Shown one piece after another: positions 39,801-51,800 of a stretch of 64,000 nucleotides of DNA (the first letter of the stretch is position 1; every line of letters starts with the position of its first letter). The notes below the pieces were generated by a model. That model did no database searches. It saw only the letters and a list, made by a program, of their open reading frames with translations, and had not been told where the DNA came from. The stretch comes from Botryllus schlosseri (lineage: Eukaryota). A program made the translations under genes and the position numbers. Location of the stretch: positions 16,122,001 to 16,186,000 of the forward strand of contig CM119371.1 in the NCBI GenBank assembly GCA_051294905.1, in the 5' to 3' direction.

Positions 39801-42800
39801 ACACAAGTATACAGTATATAGTGTACAGTATAGTATATTGTATAGTATACGGATACATTATTGTGGTATAGTATATACTATATAGTATATAGATATATTA
39901 TAGTAGTATAGTATAGTATATGTATAGCATAGCATAGCATAGCATAGCATAGCATAGCATAGCATAGCATAGCATAGCATAGCATAGCATAGCATAGTAT
40001 AGCATAGTATACAGATATTATAGTATTCCAGAAGAAGAACAGTATCTTTGTGGGTTCTTTTGTGTAATTCCAAGGGTGAGGAGTCGGATATGAGTATATT
40101 TTGTTGTTGTGAAATATAGCATTTTTGCATAGCCTTGATGAATGTTTACAGTATCGGTATATTCTGTTTATTTCTTTGAACAGTGATGTAGTGATAGTGG
40201 TACCAGTATACATTATGGTACCCTCAAGACGTTTCAGGATTCGACCCAATGAAGTAATGGCGTGGCAGCAGCAGATGATGGGAATGCTTTGGTATTGGAA
40301 AAATGTACTGAAAAAGAAACGCAAAAAACGTACATTTTGGGTGCATCCAATTTTATTGCGACGAGAGCGGTATGGTGAATAACATCGCCTCATACAAGAG
40401 TATCGTCTGGAGCGTGTTTCGGAATATCGTCGGTACTTCCGGATGACCCCTGAGAAATTCGATTGTTTGCTGGACAAAATCAAGCATGCTATCGTCAAGA
40501 TGGAGACCAATATGAGAAAACCAATATGCCCAGCTGAACGTTTAGCAGCAACATTGAGATTTCTTGCAACTGGGGATTCTTATCAAACTATTGGTGCATC
40601 ATTTAGAATATCTCCATCGACTTTGGCATTGATAATACCAGAAACCTGTTCGGCTATATGGGATATACTTGGACCAGAATTTTTGCCCGTTCCTGACAAA
40701 GAAATGTGGAAGAAAATTGCCACCGAGTATTTTGGGTGTTGGGACTTTCCAAATTGGATTGGCGCAATCGATGGAAAGCATATAACCATACGAGCACCAG
40801 CAAACAGCGGAAGCGCGTTCTATAACTACAAGAAATATTTCAGCATCATTCTCATGACAGTTGTTGATGCAGATTATCGGTTTATCATGGTAGATGTTGG
40901 AAGCTTTGGAAGAGCTTCAGATGGGGGAGTTTTCAGAAATTGCGCCTTTGGAAAGAAGCTGATTGCTGGCACGTTGGACATTCCATCGCCTGTTGCTTTG
41001 AACAATAATGGTCCTATTGCTCCCCATGTAATAGTTGGTGATGAAGCTTTCCCACTAAAGACAAATTTGATGAGGCCGTATTCGTATTCTGGGACACCCC
41101 TTACATTGGAACAAAGAATTTTCAATTACCGACTTTCAAGAGCTCGCAATGTGGTGGAGAATGCATTCGGTATAATGAGCTCTAGGTTCAGAGTGTTCTA
41201 TAGACCTTTGGCAGTGAAGCCGCACCACGTTGATACTGTTGTGAAAGCGTGCACGGTATTGCACAACTTCCTCCGCTACCGCAAAGATCCAGTTTACTAT
41301 TCACCTGTTGAAGATGGCGGCACCTGTGTTGACAACATGCTACCCCTAGACCGTGTCGGCAGGCGCCAAGCCAATCTTGCCATTGATGTTAGAGATACTT
41401 TCGCAGAGCATTTCATGAATGCAGGCGCTCTGGCTTGGCAGGAGCGCTACGTTCTACGTGACCGTTGAAGCTGTAATGAGACCCAAGATTTTTTTTACTG
41501 TGGCGAATGAAAAAATCTGTCTGCCCTGCACTTGTGTCCTGAAATGTGTTGCTTCAGCTTGTGTCTAGATTTGTCAGTTTAGTTCAGGGGTCGCCAACTT
41601 GAAACTAGTCGCAGGCAACTTTTTAAATCTCGTAGAGAACACGGCGCGTGAATTCTATATAGCGATGAAATAGGCCTACGCCTCAAAGTACATAGCAGCC
41701 GCATTTTTAACACTTTACGTCGGTAGGCGCAGGGAAAATAGCTTATTCATCAAAATGCTATGCTTTCACTATTGGTCATAAATCTGAAACCCATGTCACG
41801 GGGCTGCAAAACATTACTTTGTGGGCCCTCATGTTGGTAACCCCTGCTTGATTATCTCACACAGCCATGTAATAATCACTATCCACGCACCAAAAAGTGT
41901 TTACTGCTTCCAGTTATTCGAAGGAAATAAAGAGCACATGGTATTATTTATTCATCACAAATTTATTCAACAGATTTAACATCTCTGTTCTGAATTCACA
42001 TTTTTTTTCTTCTGACATTGCCTTCATGTATGCATGAAAGCTCAGCAGGAACAACTCGTCACTGTCTGAAGTCTTGCTATCTGTTATATTTTTCATAACA
42101 CCGAGAAACTGGTTGTAATCGTCATCTTTTGCAACCCTTTTACGTTTCTTTGCTTTTGCAGGCAACGTGATGATAGAACTATTATCAGTTGATTCTGAAA
42201 ATTGAATTACATGGGTCTAGGCATCATCAAACACATGCTATTATTTTTTCTAACCATTTAGTGAATGTGACGTCAAGTTCATTGAACTTTCTCCAGTCTC
42301 CTCAGGTAAGTTATCAGCATTGGAACCAGTGAGAACTGGAGTAAAATTCAAAAGAGTTTCTCAACCGCTGGCTTCAAAGAAATCTGAATTGGTGCTGCAC
42401 GGCTCTGTGACAAGTTGTGGTGTAGATGGGCCCTCACTGCCGTCGCCAAAATTCGATGAGGTTCTGAATGGACACATTTAGGTGTAACTGCTATTTCATG
42501 TATATACAAGGCTTCACAGCTTACGGTCGAAATTTTGTAAATGGTCTCAGGAACGACATTGTCGACAGCAATGACCAAGCAGCTCTGCGACTTTGCCCTG
42601 CTCCAGACCTTGTGTCCATTTCTTTCTTCAACTCTCGCCTGAATTTATCTCTCAGGTTCTCCCATTTCGTCTTGCAATTTCCAGCTTAAAATACATGATA
42701 CTCATGAAATTGAATGCAGCAGTACAGTATTGCATTGGCACATATTAATAAATGTCTTACCTGAAATGCGCATCACCGATGCAATTCGGTTCCATGCATT

Positions 42801-45800
42801 CGCTCTTATGTTTTTATTTGAATAGTTGCGGTCATTTACATCGTACAAACAAGGGTATTCCTGAACAGTTAACACGAGCTTTTCTTCATCGTCCATTTCG
42901 CGCGCTCTGACAAAGTCGACTGACATAGTAAGTTTGATCATCCGCTAGATCGGGCAAACACGGCGGTCACGGTCCGTCGGACCGCAGACAGCAAACCGTG
43001 TAGATGGAAACCACGGTTACGTTGGGTTGGGTTTGGTCCGGCGACTCGCCGTGTAGAGAAGCCTTTAGTCATAATATCCCTGCTGGTGTTTACTCACGAG
43101 TAATACGTCAAGCTTTAGATCTCTTTTCTACCCTATACAAGCCATGGAAGTCAATACACTTTGCCATTCATGTATTGTGGATACCTAGGTCAGCTTGATT
43201 TCATCACATATTGCATTAACATCCAGGCTAACAAGCTTATACGTGATTGGTATGTTAAGTACTTAGGTCATAATAAGCTTATTCAACTATTCCTCTGGAC
43301 TTCTATAGTATAATAGGACTGTAGCATACGTGGAGAAGAGTTATTACATTTGATTACTGATACCAAGGTCTAACTATACTTTCAATAAGTAATATTATGC
43401 TATGTGCGTGGCTAGGGAAAAGGCAGGCACGGCAACCTGCCTTTGTAGTACGAATCTATGCTGTGACGTCACCAGGAGAGAAATGTCCTATTCACGATCC
43501 ACTACATCGGTTCTTTTGCGCAAACACAAAATCTTAATATACCAAAACGGTTCTTCAATTGACTTCTAGTACTGACTATCTGTTATTTTGATACTTGGCC
43601 GGGCAATGGAGGAGATGCGGATTTTCGTCTTTGTACTTTGAGATGATATTGTGAGATCGTAGTGACATATTATATAGTATACGATCTATACAGTTGAATA
43701 GTATATTCGTATTGAAATGAACCCGAATATTTTCGGCTGACACTCGTCAGGGGTAATCGTCAGCAACTAGTAGAGAATTCAACAGAACATCGTATATCGA
43801 CAATCGTAGCACAAAATATGACGTCACCAGCATGAAATGTCGAATACGAGAGAGTTCAATGTACTATTTATAGATGATACACGAACTCTTTTGTTGACAC
43901 AGCCTTGGCTGGTGTATTTTGATAAAAGTCGACTCCAAGGCACACAAATGAAAGTGTGAACGACCCTTTCTGAGTATGCGAAATCTGTCGAAACACTTTC
44001 ATTTGTGTGACTTGGAGTCGACTTTTATCAAAAGACACCTGCCAAGGCTGTGTCAACAAAAGAGTTCGTGTATCATCTAAAACAGTACATCAAACGCTCT
44101 GGTATTCCACATTTCATGCAGGTGACGTCATATTTTATGCTACGATTGTCGATATACGATGTTCTGTTGAATTCTCTACTAGTTGCTGACGATTACCCCT
44201 GACGAGTGTCAGCCGAAAATAACCGGGTTCATTTCAATATGAATATACTATTGAAGTTCTGTACCTACAAGAAGCTGTTCAAGTATGCGATCTGTAATTC
44301 GCTTCTTATATACGGACTAATATTGTGACAACACATAATCGCGTTATGCCCAAAATAGTTCTTGGTCCGAGCATCGATTTGTCCTTGTACTTCGAGCCAA
44401 TATTTTGACGCAGCCAGGACACAGAATGAGACTCCATTTCAATAACCCATATTCTTATCTCTTCTGTTTTAAAGAGAATTGTGGCATCGCGCAACCATTT
44501 TATGCTGATGTACTGTATGTAAATATAATGCGCAAAACTATTCTCGAACTGAATAGAAGTTGTTATGACTCAGAAATGCTTAATCGACAGTGCGCGTGTA
44601 CTCAGATGGTCTTATACTCTACGCTACATTATGCCAACACCACCTTAGAGCATATAATTACCCTAATCCTTACGATAGAGTCATTGTAGCTGTTCTTCAA
44701 AATCACGATGCAGTTATCTGCAAACAGCTGTCACAGAAAACGATATCAATCACGAAATGCGTGTCGCGCAGACTCATCGATTGTACGCGGCACGCCTACA
44801 ACGCGTTGCGCTAGTGAATACAGGCCACCAATCCGTTGTGATGATGCTATTTCGCAGAAATGTCGCAGTGTATTAAGGTCACCGGGTTGTGAAAGAATCG
44901 TTTGCATACATTACCAGGTTTCTATAGAAGACATGATTTATGTTTCAGATACTATAATGTTAGCGAACAGAGTGTGTATTTTCACCCGTGTACCATCACG
45001 GTGTGAATATACTACACACCCATGGAACACGAAACCTGACCGTACCTCAGACTTATACCGCGGTATAAATCGAGTTCAACATTCAAATCCAAATTATGCA
45101 GGCACATATTACCGCGAGGAAAATGTACAGTACAGGGTCAGATCCGGATCCGTATTCTGCCAGACCGCCGAATCAGGATTCTACATTTTTAGTGCAATAG
45201 AGAGACTTCCTGTTCGTTTACTTCCGTTTTGTATCAGCTTGGACTCATCTGGCTTAAGAAAACATCATGATTGATTTAGTATAGAGACCTCAATTCATTG
45301 ATGCTGCAAGTGACATTATAGAATGTTTTCTGTTCCCCAAAAGAGTGATCAAAACACCCCTCACCGACAAGACAGTGTAATGGTTAAGCGTCCGGCTTCT
45401 TGATCGGTAGGTCGTGGGTTCGATCCCCGGCCGGGTCAGACCAAAGACCTGATTAGTAACACTGGTATCCATGGCTTCCCAGATTGGCGCTCATACGTTA
45501 CTGGGATAGCATGGAGGGGTGGTGCAAGACTTGGAAAGCCGTACAAGGCCATATCTGCACCATCCTTGTCCAGCGGCATATCGTATGTATCTGTATCATG
45601 AGTCGGTGTATATGCCGCAAAAACATCAAGGAAAAAAATAAACTACGTCCTTTCCCTTCCCTACCTGCTAGCAAAGCCTATCACTATTTTCTACATGCTT
45701 GTATATGTTACAGCTTTGGCATCCTTCATACGATTCTGATACTTACGTGGCTACCGATGCTGATGTTCTCGCAGCGCAGGGACTGCTCCACCCATTGGTC

Positions 45801-48800
45801 GGTGTCTGGACACAAGACGCGGTACTTCATGTCAATCTCCTTCGGCTTGTCGGTCCAGGTCATTTCAAGTTTCCCCCGCAGTTTCTGCACATTTCAAAGA
45901 GAGCGCGCATGTTAATTATTGCCAGAGCTGCATGGTCAATATCGAACGGTATCTAACTGATTCTCGGGTGTTTTTATTTTCGGTTGCACTTCAAACTCAG
46001 ATGATCTGAGTCTTAGTACTAGACACGACATGTGTAATAGGGGTGGTGTGAAAGGTTCGGAGCAAAAAAGGCATTTGTCAAAAGGGGAATAGGGTGCGTG
46101 TTCGTTTAGCGCTGCATTTCCTTTCATGCTGCCAGCAGAGTATGGGCCGAAGTTTAAAGGCAAACAATGTCAACCAAAGATGTTGTAACGACATGAAAAA
46201 GATAATATGCGAAAAAGTCTCACAATGCAGAACCAACTAAGGTTCGTTTGCGAACGCGAACGCGAGCCTCATGTTCACTAATGTTTATGTCAACTAAATG
46301 TAATGCAGTATTGCAATTATTTGCCACACGAAGGGTGATTCTGCGAACGTTGCGACTACATGCTTTTGACTTCCAAAAGTCTATGATGCCTAAACTGAAT
46401 CCACTTTTTGATTTCCTAAACGGGCTTAACCACAACATTCTGGTTTCTATGTTACTTTTGCCTGAGTGCTGACGATCACGACGTCGCCAACTGTGATATT
46501 TGAGACCTGATCTTGAGTAGGCATTTGAAATCAAAATGAATTTGATAAAATACCGGTGTAAGTCTGTAAACTTTAGCCGAACCCAATATACGGAAGCTCC
46601 TCTAAAAAGGTGTCAGAAGTGGGATTCGAACCCACGCCTCCATTCGGAGACCAGAAACCTCAGCCTGTTGCAGGCAAGAGCGTGAACTCTTGAGTCTGGC
46701 GCCTTAGACCACTCGGCCATCCTGACGACGACTTCAGCTGTTAATTATTGACGCAACAATCGATGACGAAATAGCTGTAATATTGTCGTCCTATGTAAGA
46801 GAAGTAGATGGAGATACTTGAAAGGCATATGGAGTTTGCAGTGACTGCTTATTTTGCTAGTATTATGATGCCGCGATATAGTTCATTTTGATAGGGTACA
46901 GTCGATCTGATGCTTAAGATTGGTCAAATTTCACCACATTGTAACGCTAATGAGTTTGTCTGATGTATTCATGGTGCGTGTCGACTACTATGGTCATTTA
47001 CACGAGGCCGATATTGCTTATATTTTATTCCATATCTGCCGACTTGTAGCACGGCCCACTTCTAGGCTTTTTGTAAGACATCGCTCACGCAGATTAGATG
47101 GCGAGGAAGAGCCTCTAGATAAACTTGACGAGTTGAAACTAATGCAGCTATCTCCGTCCAAACTATAGGTCATCCAACGAAGGCGGAAGTGGACGATTCC
47201 TTTCCTAACAATCGACTGCAAAATTGCTGCGATACTGTCGTTGCAATTGAAGAGAAGAAGAAGAAGAAGGCAAAACGTACACCTGACAAGCTACAAAACT
47301 ACTGATCTGACCTTTGACCTCATACAATGTCGCTTTTAAAAGGTAGAAAGCAGAATGGGATAAGTCTGCATTCCTTTTATGAGTGGAATTGCAATCAGAG
47401 CTAAGTAAAATAGCTTCTGTATCACGCTAACTGAAATATATTATCGAGTCCACCTATTTGCGGTGTCATTACTGTCATTGCTAGTGATTTTGCGTTGGTT
47501 GCGAATATTCGTCTTTCAACTTTCATCAAAAGCAGCCAGCTGCGATCAGTTTCGAAATGTTTAATGGAATGGTGTTTGTCGACTACAATGGTCATTGGTC
47601 ATTCACACCAAGACGATACACCTTCTTTATCCTGCAGTCGCCGACTTGTAGCACGGGCCACTTCAAGGCTCTTTCAAGACACCGTTTATGCGGATGAGAT
47701 GGCGAGGATGAGACTGAATAAATCTCCAACATTTAGGTAGGAATTCTGCAGTCGACCTCGATACGAAACCGCAACCAAGCGGTGTTTCAGCTGCTAATCA
47801 CACCACTGCCCTATCTCGCCACAGTTTCGACATGTCTTGGATATTGCTACTTCTACTCGTTGTTGTTTGCGGTATTCGCGGTATTTGTCGACTACTATGG
47901 TCTTTTATACCAGGACAGGTTTCTCCATTTTTATTCCGTAGACGCCGACTTGTAGCACGGCCCACCTCTAAGCGTTTTAAAAGACATCGCTTACACGGAT
48001 GGTATGGCGAGGAGGAGCCTAGATAAACCTCCAACACTTAGGTAGGGATTCTGGAGCCGACCTAATTCAGAGTCGAACCCGCAACCCATTGGTGTTGCAT
48101 CTGTGGATTATACCACTGCGCTATCTCGTCACATCGCAATTAAGTAGAAATGTGCTGCGTTACTGCTACTTTGGAGTAGCAACGCCATCTACCTTAGCCA
48201 CTAATGTTAATATATTTCTTAAATTAATCGGAGGGTACACGTAACAACTGTGGTTAATCATAATTAATATCAACACATTGCCAGTAAAAACGAATTATGA
48301 GATACCTATGGTATTCTACAAACATTATGCATTGGACCGAGTCGATCGCACAGCTCCGTACACCACAGTAACAAGAATTTGATAAAAAAATAAATCATGA
48401 GGCCGATATTTTGTTATACTGATCCAGTAAATTCGATGGTCTTTCATCGGACCTAAGTGTTGGGGGTTTAAGGTTTATAGGCTCCTCCTCGCCATCTCAT
48501 CCGTGCAAGCGGTGTCTTACAAAACCCTAGAATTGGGCAGTGCTACAAGTCGGCAACTACAGAATAAAAACAAAGAAAATCGGGCTGATGTAAATGACCA
48601 TAGTAGTCAGCAAACACCATGAACACCTCAAGCCAAACATGTAATTGACATATATCGATCTGCCATCAATGGCAAAATGATTGTGAGGAAATCAGTATCA
48701 ATGGTAGCTTTGATTCCTCGAATTCACGGCGTTATTTCCGCGTTAAACCGAAACAAAGCCACGTGAGATTGCATTGGAAAATTGAAAGCAATGCATAGCA

Positions 48801-51800
48801 GATAACGCAGTGAAACACTGCAACAAGGAAACGTCGAGAATTACCGCGTTTCCGAACGCAACCGAGCATTGTGTGTCTTGTATGTAGCATTTTACATTGT
48901 GTGTGTGTCTTGGGCAGATGTGAATATAACCTGACCTTTGATTGATTGATTGATGTTCATAACACATATAGTCGCACGGTCAACACCTTTGTTCGATAGA
49001 TAATGTAATTTACCGGGAATGCCCCTCTGGTCGCTAATCCTTATAATCGAACATTATGAAGACTTGCATGTACACTAGAGCAGCTCAAAAATAACTTCGT
49101 TTAAAAAGAATTTGGCCTCTTGATAAAATTGCCTGGAGACCATAAAGTTAGCTTATCCTGGATAATGCTAATCGTCCGATTAAACCTGTTAATCGTGCCG
49201 TGGCGCAAGCAGTTGGATACGATATCTCGCGAGGATTATGCCGAGTCGTCTGTTAAAACATTTAATGCAGCGAAGAGGGTTGTCACTATTAACAGTTATT
49301 AATCATATGATTAGCATTTTCCTGAATAAATCAACTTTATGATATCCACCCTAAGAGTTTTGATCTGTCTTTTATTTGATATTGTCGATGGCATCCCCGA
49401 CAATAGCCGCATTCAAAATAGACTAACAAACTTTCACATTACGTTGTAAGCGTCCTCGATGATGGCTATGATATTGCTCGAGTCAGCGGCCAGTTGATCA
49501 ACGTGAGAGTTAGGGATGAGTTCTCGGAGACCCTGCAAACACGAGACGAGCACCGTGACTATCACGTCACAATCAAAATGACAAGAATCCAATTCTTACG
49601 TCGTACAAAGGTTTCACTTCTTCCGTGACTGCGAATATCGGCTGTATCTTGTGCTTATTGAAGACGTGTCGCAGCTGACCGATGGATGGGTAGTCTTGTA
49701 GCTTGCTCTTACTATACACGATATCCTGTGGCAGGAAAGGATTGGCGCCCTGCGAATATATATTTGAAGAGACTCTTAGAGGCACAAAACTTCAATATGC
49801 AATTGAATATACATTCATATTAAAAGAAAACCGAATATTTCCGGCTGGCATTCGTCAGGCGTAATCTCCAGCAACTTGTAGAGCAGCGACTCTGTCTGTC
49901 ACACTTTTCGGCAAAATCTACGAAACGGTCCGTTGGCAAATTTTTAGCTGACTCGTGGTGCCATACATAATCAACACAAAAGAACACGTTGAATTTGATG
50001 GTCACTGACATCTCACAATGTGATGGGCGCGGCTGATAACTCTGCACCACAACCACAATACTCTATATACTTTATGATATAACTTTGGGCCAACTTCGGG
50101 ATGGATCAGAATATAAGTTGCCCGAAAATTTTTACACTACAAAGACTTTTTTTACAATATCATGTGAACGTTTTGGGACCTGCTTCACGGTCCCACAAAA
50201 TTGCCTCGCGGACCCCAAAAGGATCGCGAACCCCCAGTTTGAGTGTCGCTTTTGTGGAGAATTGGAAAGAACATTGATATCAACAATCGTATCATATATA
50301 TGAACAGTTAAATTCGCAGTTAAAACACGGGTGCAGAATAGGCTTCAATGGACCGATGAACAATTTCCACATACCGACACAGCTACTGTCATTTTTGTGA
50401 GACATCAACATAGCCACATTCACAGCTGGTGAGCTAGTGACTGGCCAGTACCGGAACACGGGTACTTTTGTCATAGAGATACAATTGGCATTTCAGAAGG
50501 ACAGGATTTCTAGTTTGATATGGAAAGGTTTTGATCCCTGAAACTAACCCCTGGCTACGCTACTGTATCATACTGATGACTCTAAGCTAGTAATGGCTGC
50601 AAGAACATCCTACATCAAAAAGCCATAATTTCGGGACTAGAAAGAATTCGTCTCCCTCTGCTCTACTCGAATCATTGTTATCAAGCCGAAGCATATAACA
50701 CACCCTTTCCAAGTGACATCCCATATCGTTCATTTCCAGGATGGCTGCCAACTTGCCGTCGAGCGCCATGTGAAACGATGCGTCCGTCGTGAATACGACC
50801 AGATGGGTGGAGTCGTTTCGCCAGCCGATTTGATCCTGTTGAATGAAACGGAATTGATAATGAATACCAACTAGTAACTAACTCAAGGCAATAATCTCCA
50901 ACAGTAGATGAACGACAATGGATTTGTATCTTGGTGAAATTCTAAGCATAGAAAAGGTCCGTCAGTCGAGTAGCACTGCATCATATCACGAGCATCCCGA
51001 GTACACTATCATTCGTGAGTCGATTGCATTGCTTGGACTTAATTAAACACCGCTCAGACGACCTCGCTGCCAACCTACTCCGGAGAACAGGCGCATTCAT
51101 CAATCTCGAAAAAGGACAAAGTCCTGGTTCGAGCTCGCTTCATGCTCAGGCCGCGAGGTTTTGTCTCTTCATCGCGGGGCTCGGATTCGCAATTTAGAAC
51201 AATCACGATCAAGACACATACTATAGAAATGATCCCTAAAAGTATGATCTTACTTAATTATGTTTATTGATAATTCATATACCGCACACGTTAACTAAGC
51301 ATTGTGGTGATTCCATGTAACTTCGCCTGTGCGTCGGATTAGGAGAAAGGGTGTTTGTAGAATTGATATCGAGAGATACCACTCATGTAAGTAGCATGCG
51401 AGTCAGCAAACGAATATCTCAATAACAGCCTTATCACTCACTCTACTAGTAATACATGTGGTATTCTGAATCGAGCTGATTTCCAGTTGGCATTCCATAT
51501 AACAATGGAAATAGTACTATTACATATTACTAATGCGAGTGTAATTAGTTATTACTGGTACAAGAGGCACACCGCTCTTTAATTTATCATCATATTGTAC
51601 ACGCTATTTCATAATATTGCAATGTTTGGAAATTAACGAATAAAGGGAAGGCTCATCATGACTTGCCAGTCATCCAGTGCATTTAATGTAGTAGCCTAAA
51701 TCAATAACGGTGTAGATCAGGGTTGTCAAACACACGGCCCGCGAAGCAATTCTGTGTAGATTGAAAAATGCGAGTCTTATCCAGCACATTTTTAATAAAT

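Larger units (their letters stand above)
39574..43064. mobile_element. PIF/Harbinger DNA transposon, full length (3491 bp)
   Basis: ~35-bp TIR AGGCTTCTCTACACGGC(A/G)AGTCGCCGGACCAAACC; 3-bp TTA TSD at 39571-39573 and 43065-43067; two convergent genes. Confidence 0.95.

Noticed and set aside
40380..40382. Programmed stop-codon readthrough in the transposase
   Set aside because: A single TAY-to-TAA substitution is simpler; no supporting recoding signal seen
39858..40510. ORFs with repeated CYAML
   Set aside because: Produced by the (TAGCA)n microsatellite and the antisense of the transposase
44405..45274. Overlapping 74-188 aa ORFs
   Set aside because: No recognisable domain or splice structure; intronic and antisense to the integrin
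45363..45440. tRNA gene calls for SINE heads (also 10770-10841, 28737-28800, 57614-57680)
   Set aside because: A/B boxes are present but acceptor stems are not formed and the sequences continue into SINE core and tail
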